This document shows positions 1-12,543 of a stretch of 64,000 bases of DNA, one piece after another. The DNA lies in NCBI GenBank assembly GCA_032718475.1, contig JAUCBJ010005512.1, forward strand, positions 90,270-154,269, read 5' to 3'. The notes beneath the pieces were generated by a model, which did not search any database, was not told the DNA's origin, and saw only the letters and a list, made by a program, of their open reading frames with translations. Each line of letters starts with the position of its first letter. Position 1 is the first letter of the stretch. This stretch comes from Nemertoderma westbladi. Lineage: Eukaryota > Animalia > Xenacoelomorpha. Position numbers and translations under genes: made by a program.

Positions 1-1214
1 GGGGCTCACTCAACGTGTTGGCGGGCAGTCTACTGTAGAATGTGATACCTTGAAGCAATTCCCACGCAGACACTAGAAGCTCTGTGGAGTTGGTGAAATT
101 ATTTGTTCAAGCAAATTTTCTGGTGAAATCAGTGCATTGAAAACCTTGATGTTACATGGCGGCATTGTTGGATATTAGACTGCGACCATTTTCTAGAAGA
201 GAATGCTGGAGAGTCCCCTATTATATTAATATTATAATATAATTAATAATATATACTATAATCTAATATTTTGTATAATATAATATCTATATAATAATAA
301 TAATAATCTGTAATAAATATAATATATAATCTAATATAATATAATATTAATCTAAATATAATATTCTATATAATATAAACTAATATTTTGTCAAGGAGAT
401 GCATCATGGTATTATATGCTACAGTACAACATTTGCGATGATAAAATATATTTGTGGTAGGCCTACATCACATTCATTTATAATTTCTGAGATTGCCAAG
501 ATAAGATCCCTTTCGAATGGTTGCTGCTCTTTGTAACGCTTTCCAGGAGTCATGAGTTATTGGAGTGATAGATAGATTGATTGATTGATTGAGCCCATAG
601 GACTCGTATAATATCCAATATAATGATGTAATAAATTTAAACCTATACCTAACACGATTAAACTAAAATATTTAATGAGAGCATGCACGTGTTACCAACC
701 CAACCCACCCCCCTGAGGCCTTAGGATAATGACTGTACGATATTGTTTAGTAGTTACAACTGCCTAAGTCTAGTTAGTAAATCTTCAGTATAAATCTAAA
801 GAAAACAATTGCACCCGAATTCCGACTTCAACCAAAGTACTAACATCAGCAAAGCATAGCTTATCCGCCGAGGTGAGCACTGTAAATGTGAGAAATAAAA
901 TAACACTGTGCATTAAAAATTTACTTTATAGTCATTTTGAAATTCATTGCGAACAATTTATATTTCTTAAACAGAAATTTATAAACAGAGAGAAGAAGAA
1001 TAATCGTTATATGGAAATCATTACGGTACACAAATAAGTGAAGTAAACAAAGGCGATTCTGGCTTTTTTTGGTTATTATTGTTGGTTATTATTGAGTCTA
1101 TGTGGCTCTCGAGAGATTGCAAATGAAAATTCATCATAGAATTATAGATAGGATAATCAATGGAACTGTACTAATACTTTTCATTTAGTAAAAATTGGTA
1201 AAGAACGATGCACG

Positions 1215-1940
1215 TTATGAATCATAGGTGTTTAGGATGTAGTTTTGAATTTTAGTTTTGAATTGTGGCAGGGAAGTGCATTGTTTAATATCCGTCTGAA
1301 GCTCGTTCCATAATGCAGGGCCTTGGTACATGATACCGCTCTTAGCTAATGCTGTTTTATATAGGGGCAAGTGATAATTAGCAGCATTTCTTGTTGGATA
1401 AGAGTGTACCTGTCGATTGAGTATCAGTTTGGAACTCAATTCGAGGATGTTCTATGTTTATAGATTAATTTGACACATTGTAACCGATAGGAATCCTGAA
1501 GTTTTAGTACTTTTAAATATTTGAAAAGTGGTTCGGCGTGAACTGTTTTGGATTTCAGTGAGACGACACGACACGTATTATTTTATTCTGCAATTTTATC
1601 AGTGGTTTAAGAGTTGACTCTGTCGCACTGAAACCCCACAGTATCAGACCAAAAGATAAGTAAGATGTAAGAGTGTATGATATAACATGATACGTATAGT
1701 TTCAGGAATGAAATGTTTCAGTTTATTGATAATTCCAACGTTTTTAGAAATATTTGATCTTATAATTAAAGTGTGTTTTCCACTTGAAGTCGTTTGATAG
1801 CATAAGACCAAGAAACTTTATTGTGGTTACTTCTGGAATAGAGGCATTATATATTTGTAGATGTGGTAAGATTAAATTTGAAGGACGTTTCTGTTTGAAT
1901 ACCATGAAATTAGTTTTATCAATATTAAGAGTAAGTTGTA
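1215..1940 (-). pseudogene. 3' fragment of a non-LTR retrotransposon (CR1 group, L2/Crack-like) ORF2, 5'-truncated and frameshifted
   Basis: Minus-strand translation gives LTLNIDKTNFMVF...KFLGLML...NVGIINKLKHFIP...LILWG and ends HSYPTRN..YHLP...GIMYQGPALWNEL...TSLPQFKTKIQNYIL. This is the typical post-RT C-terminus of CR1-group LINEs. Confidence 0.8.
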
Positions 1941-3639
1941 TGTCACCTTCATTTTATGTAGGTAGTGAATGTACAGTATATATTGAAGGCAGCTAAGGTA
2001 CTGTATATGAAAAACACTCTGAAAAACACAATTCTGACGAGTTGCCATGGGATCTTGAAACTAAAAACATAATGCATTTTTTTCCGGATATTCGATATAG
2101 TGGGGGTGGAGGTTGATTTAATGACGCTCCGGAAATTATATAGCCCGTTTCTAGTTAAAGTTACCCGTTGCCATGTCAACTACAAGCAAGCAAGTAGTGC
2201 ATACTATATTGCTTATACTGACTTGATATATTGGTGGTAGACTCTGATCCCATGACGCTAAGACCATTGCATATGGATTACGCTCGTTTAAAGCCTGTTG
2301 CTAAGGACATTGTCAATACTGTGAACTTGAAGGTCGTTTTCACTTTGGTTGCGATGGTATTTTCAAAAAACTAAAATCATAAAACGGCTGGCCCTGATGG
2401 GATATCGAACGAATCTCTAAAGTTCGGCTTAGGTGTCCTTCTTTCTTCCCTTTCTACTAGCTCTCTTCTCAGCCTGCTTCTCACTTGCAAAGTGCCCAGT
2501 TGCTTGGTTGACATTAGTATCACCTGCCACTGTACAAAGGGGAGGGATTTAAATCCTCCCCAGCTTCGTATCGTGCGTTTACTGTCCTGTATGCTCAAAA
2601 CATACACGACAGTTCTCTATAATAGACTATATACCGGTACTGTACGTGGGCTGAAGCACACAGAATACTGCCAGATTGCCAGTATGGCTTCAGGAGAGGC
2701 CGCTCTGCGTTACATGCTGCTACAGCACTTCTGGCCGTTATCCACTTTGCTTCGAGTACACCCCGTGTGTTTGTCGATTACTCGAACCCTGCAAACCACC
2801 AACGTTAATCTAACGTTGGGTTTATATGTCAAGACATCATAGGTTTAAAATTAACAGTTAGAATTTAACCAAAAACCTATGTGAAAATACTTTAGAATTC
2901 TGCCATTTTTTAACGTTAATTTTGAAAGTAATTTTACGTAAAAAATATACAAAAATATCAGACAATACCACATTTTTTAACGTTAATCAACGTTTATTTT
3001 GTAACGTTAATTATTAACATTAATATAGCATTAATTTACGTCAAAATTTAACAATGATCAACCCTGAATCATCAGTAAGTAGGCTTACATAAACGCATTG
3101 TCGGCCTGACCATCACGTAATTATGCACTGTTATTTTAGGCTAAATTATATTTTTTTAAATATTATTTTAAAACTTTTGTTCCTAGTCAGCATTAATGTA
3201 CCAGTAGACCCAATGATCAAACTGTAGGACAAATGGTTGAATTCAATGATGTGACAATTCCATTGTTATGATCGTTCTGACGATTTCCAATCGAGTCTCA
3301 CTCAAATAGCTATCTGATTTTTTCTATCTGGTGCCATATGGGGAGGGTCGAAATAGTGAGTATTATTACTGTTTATTACTATAAAAATAGTTGTAATAGT
3401 TAAAAATACTGTAGGAACCTGTCATAATGATTTTATTATACCAGACAGACCTTAGCCTTTAGAACCCACTTCTTTTATGCACAATCCATTACAGGCATGA
3501 GATTTCTTCTTAATAATTGTTTTCCTCACGTGTACGGGCATGTAAGCTACAAAAACGTTAAACATATACTAGACAATATTATGTATTATATTCTCCCATA
3601 TTTTTCAAAGATTGGAAAATATTACAGCTGGCAAATGAG

Positions 3640-3870
3640 GACGCAATCAAAATTAATCCCTCTCCAGGGGAAAATCGACGCAAATAACGGCTGGGCTGAG
3701 GTTGATGATACTCGCTAAAATAACATTGTAACCTGTTCTGTTGACTTTACAGCAGTTTATCGTTTGTTTGGAATAGCGTGCCACTGTGACCTGCGCCCCA
3801 GTACCTATCCAATGGATCCCACCACATGATTTACCGGAGAAGAAGCTGCTGGAGAGCTTCCCCTACGTGC
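3640..3870 (+). repeat. Old interspersed repeat (unclassified, SINE- or MITE-like), copy 1
   Basis: Shares gcaatcaaaat..atccctctc.aggggaaaatcgac and tgtaacctgtt..gttgacttt..cgtgccactgt.acctgc with inverted copies at 7503-7567 and 9880-10007. gctggagag..cccct is also seen near 206-220. Confidence 0.55.
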
Positions 3871-4446
3871 ATCTGTCTCTCCTATGTAGCGGCCAGACAC
3901 GCTGTAACCTGTGCAGGAATCCTAACCACTGCGTCAACTTTTAAACTGCGCAATGAACCGATTGTTGGCCGCCTAACTCTTTTAAACTCTTAAATTATCT
4001 TATCCTAATTACTACTAATTAACCCTCTCTCTATAAACTATAATGTGTTTTTGTGTTCTTTGCCTTAGTGTATATTTTATATACAGAAGTAATAGTACAA
4101 TAGAAACCCCAACCTACTGTATGGTGGTATAATAAAAGTCCTTATTTAAAAAAAACTAAATATGCAATTAAATTCTTCATATCCAAAATAGTAATCTTCC
4201 ATTAAATTTCAACTCGTCATATTTACTATAAGAGCTGTTGCTATGACAATTTCCTCCGTTGCTATGTTTAAGACCCTTTAAAAAACCAGCCCAACCATTG
4301 GCGAAGTCTACCCAAATTTTTAATAATGTCCCATATCTGTACTAAACATCCATGTAGGGTAGCTCAGTCATATAAAAAATTCCTAAGGGGTTATAGGCTG
4401 AAGCCTTATTAACACTTTTCCCAGATGGAATGGGGAAGTATAATGT

Positions 4447-4481
<35 letters not shown>

Positions 4482-5417
4482 CTGTTTAATTCTCTAAAAT
4501 CAAATAAGTGAAAATAAAGTTATACATATAACTTTAGGTCAATACAGAGATGGCACACTCAGCCATGCTTATAAAGAGCACCACAAAGTGATTAAGTAAA
4601 ATACAGTATGGCTATAATTAAAACACAAGGAGAACATATGATACTTAAAAATATATTAAATCGGAAAAGCTACCTACAGTACAGTATGTACTTGTACAGT
4701 ACAGTACAAGCGATGCAGTTTATTAGTAGAATCGTCACTAGCTACTCAATGAGGTGGCCATAGGACATCATACATATGGAATCCTTCCAGTTCCCTTTAC
4801 AATGATCAAGTAAGTTAATATTATTGATTGCCTTGCGGAATGTTGGTAAACTGGGGCACCGCAAATAAGTCGTCGCAGACTATTTGCGACTTCCGCAATA
4901 ATATGCGAGTTACAGTACTTGGGCCACGTTTCCTATAACCAACCACTCAACCAGTAACACGCAGTCTGTAGATGTTTGTCTTATATTTTTAAACATTAGG
5001 ATTTTTTTGTCTATAACAATAAGGATCAGTCTGAGCTCAATAGCTAGTCAGTCATTCATTACAGCATTACACATTACTGCATTACCTGTAGGGGTTAATC
5101 AGTCTGTCTGCAGGCTGCTGGTCTGTAGTCAGGTAGTTTACAGCACAGGCAACCTGCACTGCGACTGCCTGACTGCAGGAGTACTGGAACTGGAACTGGA
5201 GTAAAACTGCAGTAGCATAGCAGTAGGCCTACTGCTACTGCAGTAGTCCCTATACTGCTATACAGCTATAGTTCCTGCAGTCCTAGTCCATGTGTGTGTT
5301 ATCCCTACAGCACAGTCCCTATCTGCCTATGCTGCGCTGCTATATGCCATCATTGCAGCATTCATCAGTTGATTGCATTGCCGCGTCGTTCCCGTAGCGC
5401 CGTAGGCTTATCAGCTT

Positions 5418-6773
5418 ATGGTTATGGAAAATTATTCGCAAAACCTACCCGAAACCAACCCGATTTATACCCAATACAGAGGCGGGATCAATCCCGGTAG
5501 AGCTCCCTGTGATACGAACTCGATGGATCCAGGAGGGCTAACACCAGCCCAGTTAGCGCATCGAGAGAAACAACAAAGTATTCTTAACGAAATGAAACAA
5601 ATGTTATTCCCTAGCAACCCGGTTTCTTCTGGGGAATACCTTTATGTTAATTCTCAGCAAACTGAAATATATACCGGTACTGGGAACTTTATGAATCCCC
5701 ACTACCCGGCGCCAGCGACAGGAAATCCCACCAATCATAATTTAGGCTTAGCTAATTCTGGTGTAAATCCCTGTCGTTTCGATAATCTAACAGTCTACGA
5801 AGATAACGGTCGATTCCATAATTATAATTCCTCGGCCCCGTTGCGCAATGACTGTAGGCCCACCGATCATTCTTCTAGAAGAAACCCGTCTTACCATAAC
5901 GAAAACTTCAACCGTGAATTCGGCCAAACGCCGGCCGATTTACACCAACAAATTGGCTATACTAACGGCTACCGGGAAGTCACGAGCCATCCACCACGCC
6001 GCGTTCGCGAGAGTTGGAATCCCGCAACTAATAAACCGAGCTCCCTCCAACTACTCGGTCAGATGTGTCGCGATACATCGTACACGGACGCAACCCCACT
6101 GCCGCCCACCGCTGCACCACAACCCACCGCTGCACCGCAACCCACCGCTGCGTCGGTAACCAACCCTTATCATCACCAGTACACACAGAATCACCACCGG
6201 GACTTCCATATCCATCCGCAATACGGTGGTACTAACGGTTGTCAGGATAACCAGATGGTTTTTAACGAATTCCCTTCTGACGTTTTTCCGGGAATTTTCG
6301 GTGAATCTGAAACTGATTGGAATTACAACGACTGCGAAAATTTTGACGATTTCTCTTGGTGCGAGCAAATCGCCGATATAATATCCTCGCCTGGTAGGGA
6401 AGAGACGTCCAGTCGCAACGAGTCATTCTACGCGGTGCCACAACAGTGGCAACAGCAGCGCGTAGTCCCACCCCCGCCACATACAGCGCCACCCTCCACC
6501 GAGCAGTGGCGCCCTGAGCGGCCCAAACAATGGCGGCAATGTGTGGCGCCGTCGAATACTGTGGCGCCGCCCGGGGAGCAGAGGTGGCGTTCTTCTGGGA
6601 GGCCGCAGCCCGAGCAGTGGCGCAGCCAACCCGAGCAGTGGCGCGCCCAACCCGAGCAGTGGCGCACCGGACGCCAACCCGAACTCCCCAACCCCCTAGA
6701 GACGCTGCAGACCCTGGCTATTCTCGCCTCCGGCGGTAGGAATCCGCCAAAAAGTAATTTAGGAAAAATTTAA
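5418..6773 (+). CDS. Intronless 451-aa low-complexity protein with N-terminal BCL9/Legless HD2-like beta-catenin-binding motif and C-terminal (E/Q)QWR repeats
   Basis: Long, GC-richer ORF within AT-rich flanks. Residues 40-66 GLTPAQLAHREKQQSILNEMKQMLFPS align without gaps to BCL9 HD2 as recalled (GLSQEQLEHRERSLQTLRDIQRMLFPD). No other BCL9 domain was recognised, so no gene symbol is given. Confidence 0.65.
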   Translation: MVMENYSQNLPETNPIYTQYRGGINPGRAPCDTNSMDPGGLTPAQLAHREKQQSILNEMKQMLFPSNPVSSGEYLYVNSQQTEIYTGTGNFMNPHYPAPATGNPTNHNLGLANSGVNPCRFDNLTVYEDNGRFHNYNSSAPLRNDCRPTDHSSRRNPSYHNENFNREFGQTPADLHQQIGYTNGYREVTSHPPRRVRESWNPATNKPSSLQLLGQMCRDTSYTDATPLPPTAAPQPTAAPQPTAASVTNPYHHQYTQNHHRDFHIHPQYGGTNGCQDNQMVFNEFPSDVFPGIFGESETDWNYNDCENFDDFSWCEQIADIISSPGREETSSRNESFYAVPQQWQQQRVVPPPPHTAPPSTEQWRPERPKQWRQCVAPSNTVAPPGEQRWRSSGRPQPEQWRSQPEQWRAQPEQWRTGRQPELPNPLETLQTLAILASGGRNPPKSNLGKI

Positions 6774-7502
6774 TCGATTGGATAAAAAAATTAGCTGACA
6801 GATTATCAATTTTTTTTAATAACCTCAAAAGGTTTTCAAATAATATCATACCTTTCTCTAGAATTGTTGATGACTTGAAAATTTAATTTAATTGAAAAAC
6901 GGCTAAGTTTTTGGAATAACAATTTAACCCGTTTTCCCCCTATTAGTTAAATTTAGTGCTGTTCATTTGGGAATTCCGTTCATCTGCATTGACCGGTGTA
7001 TTTTCCGCCAATGCTGCAATCAATCTCTATGCCTGTTGACTATCTACATTTAATTGCTTAAAACTAATAATTAATATCGCCTTAAACCATAAAACTTAAA
7101 TCTTAAACAAAAAAAAAACTTAAACCATAAAACTTAAACAAAAAAAATAAAATCTTAAACCATAAAACAAAACATTAGGGATGGGCTGATTGTTTTATTT
7201 AATTAATAGTAATCGAGAGTTAGAAAGCGATCAAATCAGCATCATTTTATATAATTCCTTAAAAAAAACATTTATTAAATTTCATATCGAACGAGCTTTT
7301 TTCATTGGATATAAAACAGCTGATATTAACTGAGTTTTTAGTAAATCTTTATCAAATTATATAAAGAACAATATTTAATATTTAGTAGAAAGCGAGTGTG
7401 GAATTAAATAAACTGGGGGGGGGGGGGGGGGGGGGGCTGGACGCAAATCCCACTGCGGCAAATTAATTTTTCGTATCGCTCGCAAATAATAATTTAAGGG
7501 AA

Positions 7503-7567
7503 AGGAGCAGGTTACAGTGGCACGTTATTCTACCCAAAACAATAAACTAAAGTCAACTGGTTACAGT
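7503..7567 (-). repeat. Old interspersed repeat, partial inverted copy 2
   Basis: Reverse complement resembles 3727-3800 (tgtaacc..gttgacttt..gaata.cgtgccactgtaacctgc). Confidence 0.5.
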
Positions 7568-9879
7568 TTGAAATTATAATTTGGTGAGCATTTATTATTT
7601 AATACACAATAATGCTGATGTAAATATGGTATATTATAGTTGTAATAACGTAACTTACCGACCAATCCTATGCTTATTATTTTTATTTAATTAGTTATAT
7701 TATAATTAATGGGACACCAAAGATCCAATTAATGTGCGTACCGTAGATTCTTTAGAAATACTCCATTTATTTATCATTATTTGACATTTAATTATTGACA
7801 ATTCATGGCATGTTGTATTTTTCTTAAAATTTCAATATTCGGTTACCAGTAATTCAGTATGTGATTGTTATGCAACAGCTTTGGGTGCGGGAAACGAACG
7901 TAACTAATTAATGTAATTAAAGCTTCGGATACTGTAAATAAAAGTGTTTAAACTGCCAATATTTGTAATAATTATTATTCTTTTAAAAATTCACTTTTTT
8001 ATCCGCAAAAATGCGGTCATAATAACTATATACGTCGTTGTTTATAAAATAGCACATTATAGCGTTACGGCACAGGTGATTTTGATTAATAATTGAAGTA
8101 AATAATAGAACCAGGGCCGTAAAAGCTTTAAAGTGCTAAGTATATATGAACAATGGCGAATATAATTCTGTTTATTTGAGGGGAATTATTTGTAGTTATT
8201 CACCCAAACTTACTGGACATACTGCGATGTAAAGTAGGAAAATATGTCGCCCTGGTGATTTGGTAGTGCGAAATTAATTCCGGATACAAATAAATAAAAT
8301 ACTTTTTTGTTCGCATGTGCGACAAAAAAAAGTAATTATCCAATCAAAATTCTAAAATTGCGGTAATAAATTATTTATCCAATCAACGATCCAGAAGATT
8401 TTTCTTTGATTTCTCATTATTTATTCTAGAACAGTAATTAAATTAAGTTGGTAATTATTAATAAATTTAGCATTAAAATGTTTAGTTGTAGGATCTTTTG
8501 AACAAGTTTAATGAGTTTAATCAAATTTTTGGTAAGATTATTTGATTAACGTTCTGGAATGTCACCTTCACCTTCAATAACACAGTGTAGCTAATTAATA
8601 GTAGCTATGTAGTATTATTTAATTACAAAATGGTGCAGAATAGACATCAAATTTACGATAACTTTGTTACTTCAAATTCAACAGGGAATATTTTAAAGAA
8701 AGATTAAATGGAAGCTGCTGAGGTGCTCAATGTACCTTCAACTTCCAATATTTGTATTTAATATTATTCATAATTAATATTAGATTATTCTAAATGTGGG
8801 TTGATTTTGGGCAAAAAGTCGTTCTTGTCAGAATTTATGCGGAGAAAAGTGAATTTTAAAAAGAAAACAACATCTTCTACAAAAATAATGTGAATTTATT
8901 CCTCAGCTACGCCTCCTCGGATAAATTGTGCTCAATCTACTATTCCTCGAAAATGCGGATAAAAAAGTCGGACAAAAAAAATAGTACTAACTTTTTGTAA
9001 AAGAAATAGTTATATTACAGCATAATATTAATGAAAATTATGATTTGTAATTTAACCTTCGTTATTAAATTATTCAATAATTCAATAGTCTACTAATTTA
9101 ATCTTATTGCTTTTTCATTAAATTTTTTTCTTAAATTCTTATTGATTGTTGAATAATTATTGTAAACCGAATGAAATTCAACCGATTTACTTGTTTTTTA
9201 TTAATGCTAAATGCGTCAGTTTTTTGGCAATAAAACATATTTTTTGAAAAATGTCATAAATATTCAAAGAAATATTCATACTTCTTCGTTGTCACAAACA
9301 TTAATAATTAAATTATACGCCCACTAATTATTATACCGTTACGTAAATGGTCACCTAGACTTCGTGGCTCGCCCCACAAGATTGATCATACCAGATGTAC
9401 CTTTGTGACTATTTACATCAATACAGAAAGCTGCCCTCTGCTTTATACTGAGATCTGAGAACGAAGTCGGGACTTTTGAAGTGAACTCACTATATACCGG
9501 TTATTCACTCTCAACTTAACATTTTTGATACATACAGTAGGTTTTGGTGTATATTATTATAATGTTAACTTTGGTGTGTGATTTATCCTTTGATGCCTTT
9601 TTTTCTTTATTCCTATTGCCATTTTGAGCAGTTGTGTTACCGTTGAATGCCTTTATAGATGTGCCTTATGTTTCTAATTGTAAGTTATTTGTCGAATCTA
9701 ATAATCTAATTAATTATTAATACATAACTCTGGATGATATATTGCCCGTTGAATCATTATATTTTTTTTCACCGTACAGTAAAGCTAAAGACTATTGTAT
9801 TTGAAACCATATTTTAAACAAACATAACAATGACAACTCCGCGAATTACCAAAAAAAGGGAAATGAGCATATTACAGTG

Positions 9880-10007
9880 ACATGTCAATCCAACCAAAAC
9901 AATAAATGAAAGTCAATATAACAAACAGGTTACAGTATTACTTTTTGTCATAATCAGCAGGCAATTGGGTCGATTTTCCCCTTGAGAGGGATATATTTTG
10001 ATTGCAT
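9880..10007 (-). repeat. Old interspersed repeat, partial inverted copy 3
   Basis: gtcgattttccccttgagagggatatattttgattgc is the near reverse complement of ~3643-3679. Confidence 0.55.
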
Positions 10008-10417
10008 ATTATTTTGTTTTAAACTGGCTAGACTATCCTTCGACGACTTCATCCATACACACCTGCTGCATAATGTACGAGTGTACCTAAACTGTAACAG
10101 GCCAAGAAACTATTGTTTAAACCGGATCAGTCTCTTCGGGAATTTGAATTGAATGTTTATTTATTTTTACCCATTTTATACATATATAATATATACGAAA
10201 TTAATTCACACCTTATATAATATAATACATAGGTAAAGGAAGGTAGCCAATGGGATTGCTAGTGAACTGTTGCCCACCGAAGGGGCATACTGTAGTAGGT
10301 AGATTAGGAGAGGGTTCGATTGGTTAGGAAGCTATGCGCAGGTTAGGATAGAGCAGGGTAGGTTAGGATAGTACGGTGGCCCATAAGTGACAGCCATACA
10401 ACATTTATAAAACAATA

Positions 10418-10781
10418 TTAACATTTAGGTTATCAACATTAACATTTAGGTTATCAACATTAACATTTAGATTATCAACATTAACATTTAGGTTATCAAA
10501 ATTAACATTTAGGTTATCAACATTAACATTTATGTTATCAACATTAACATTTAGATTATCAACATTAACATTAAGGTTATCAACATTAACATTTAGGTTA
10601 TCAACATTAACATTTAGGTTATCAACATTAACATTTAGGTTATCAACATTAACATTTAGGTTATCAACATTAACATTTAGGTTATCAACATTAACATTTA
10701 GGTTATCAACATTAACATTTAGGTTATCAACATTAACATTTAGGTTATCAACATTAACATTTAGGTTATCAACATTAACAT
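10418..10781 (+). repeat. Subterminal 21-bp tandem array (acattaacatttaggttatca)n, left arm of the IS3EU inverted repeat
   Basis: About 17 direct units are visible; mirrored at 13762-14058. Confidence 0.95.
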
Positions 10782-11068
10782 ATAGTACCGATAGGCCTAT
10801 ATATTATTCGTTACAGAAAACTGAAACAACAGGAACTTACAGTACCGGTATATGATTCGCCGCAAATTACACACCATTTACCCTACCGGTATCAACATTT
10901 TAGTACCGGTACATTATTTGATACTGAAAACTGAAACAACAGGAACTTACAGCACCGGTACCGGTATCTATCGAACCCTAGACTAGATACTAGTATGGAA
11001 TTTTGAAATACATACAGTAGGCCTGTGTAGCTCTTAAAATTTGAATAAATCTGGACTTACAAAATACA

Positions 11069-12064
11069 ATGTACTGCCATATATGTGGAAATATAATCGA
11101 AGGCGAACACACTAAATACTGTCACAATTGTGGGAGTGCATTGTCTCATTCAATTATGCATATAGATGAGAATGATTTTTTGCAAACTGAAACTCTCACT
11201 GGTGTCTGTACCAGCACCAGCACTCCTGTTGTTAACCGCAGTGGTAGTGATAAGATTAATCGGAAACGTACCATTCTTTCATTTGATGAATACATAAGTT
11301 CTAAAGGGAAACAATGGAAAGAACGAGTACCCGGTGGGATTGGTGGCTCAAGCCCTGGCAATCGGGCAGGATCTAGTGATGTATCAATCGGGATTGGAAT
11401 GATATATTGGAACGACGTCGATGGCAAATTCAAGGTTCGACGCGGTAAGAGGCTAGCACTATCAGTTAATGAAACGGATAAGTATAATGATTTGTTGAAT
11501 AAGGCCTTAAATAAGTGGAAGGCATATTGTCCTGATTGTTATGATGAACATATGTCTTATTGTTTAACTTTTGAAAATGGCATTACTGCAGAATTTCTCC
11601 CAGGTAGTAAGGAGATTTTTAATTTAAAGATATATAAGGAAAATGTCGGAAAACAGTACAGCCGGATCACCCTGTATTTATGTAGCCAAGATGATAGGGA
11701 AGATTTTGAAGGGATTCAAATAAGAGAGTCTGTGGTTGAGTCTGTGAGCGATACGCAACAGGTAAATGAACAAGTATGTGAGAATAATAGGCCTACTGAT
11801 TTTGAAAACACAACATTAGCACAAGATAATCCCGTAATCGAATCAGTTTCCAGCAAGGGACTGGTCACAACATTGGGACAACAAGATAATCCTATTATGC
11901 TTGGTTACTTAGATGAAGATTTCCCATTGCAGTATTTGTGTGAAATTAAACCATGGAAATATGATAATATTACAAGTTTTATTGATTCTCTATCTAACTC
12001 AGTTAATCAGGAAGTTCAATTCGAAGGAAGTTCAAGAGAAACGATTGTCAGAACTAGCCCTTAG
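11069..12064 (+). CDS. IS3EU accessory ORF (N-terminal zinc ribbon), 3' end displaced by a hAT fragment
   Basis: CHICG...YCHNCG zinc ribbon and a conserved-looking LPG....F.L..YK...GK.YSRITLYLC block; lies inside the TIRs. Confidence 0.65.
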   Translation: MYCHICGNIIEGEHTKYCHNCGSALSHSIMHIDENDFLQTETLTGVCTSTSTPVVNRSGSDKINRKRTILSFDEYISSKGKQWKERVPGGIGGSSPGNRAGSSDVSIGIGMIYWNDVDGKFKVRRGKRLALSVNETDKYNDLLNKALNKWKAYCPDCYDEHMSYCLTFENGITAEFLPGSKEIFNLKIYKENVGKQYSRITLYLCSQDDREDFEGIQIRESVVESVSDTQQVNEQVCENNRPTDFENTTLAQDNPVIESVSSKGLVTTLGQQDNPIMLGYLDEDFPLQYLCEIKPWKYDNITSFIDSLSNSVNQEVQFEGSSRETIVRTSP

Positions 12065-12268
12065 TATAGAGTCAGAAACATTAGATAGCTTAGAATTAGA
12101 TGTAGTAATTACCGAATTTGCTTCACTTAAAACACAAGAATAAAAATCATTAAATTTGCAACTTTCTTATTTTGTGTAATTTTTGTTAGGGGGGGGGGGG
12201 GGGGGGGGGGGGGGTGGCGCTCCCAGTGGGCCTTGCCCCCGGGCGCAAAAAACCTAGCTCCGCCCCTG
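12030..12268 (+). mobile_element. 3' end fragment of a hAT DNA transposon
   Basis: Encodes QEKRLSELALSIESETLDSLELDVVITEFASLK, like a hAT C-terminal dimerisation tail. Ends in cctagctccgcccctg, the reverse complement of a CAGGGGCGGAGCTAGG hAT-type TIR. Confidence 0.7.
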
Positions 12269-12543
12269 CCCCCCCCCCCTCATATCTCCCGTCTCTGAAA
12301 TAATATTATGTTGTAACCCGGGCAACGTCAGGCTCGTAGTGTAGCTACTACTGTACAATATAAAACAATACTACTGTACTGTATGTACAACGCATCTCTT
12401 AATATTGTAGTACAAATTGTACTGTAGTACAAATTTGAATTTGATGAACGATTATAGCAATTGGTTTCCTACAGTGTATGAGTATGTTACTATGTGAGTT
12501 TGGGGGAGCAGTCTTTTATGCAATTCACTTGTTCATTCGTGAT

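Noticed and set aside
2000-3060. Possible MITE fragments (gttgccatg and aacgttaat motifs) and short ORFs
   Set aside because: No definable ends or protein similarity; too degenerate to call.
4850-7495. DNA transposon with TIRs enclosing the HD2-bearing ORF
   Set aside because: cgcaaata-type motifs occur on both sides, but I found no convincing inverted terminal pair or TSD.
10532-10855. (LSTLTFR)n ORF, and its mirror at 13672-13899
   Set aside because: Artefact of the 21-bp subterminal arrays.
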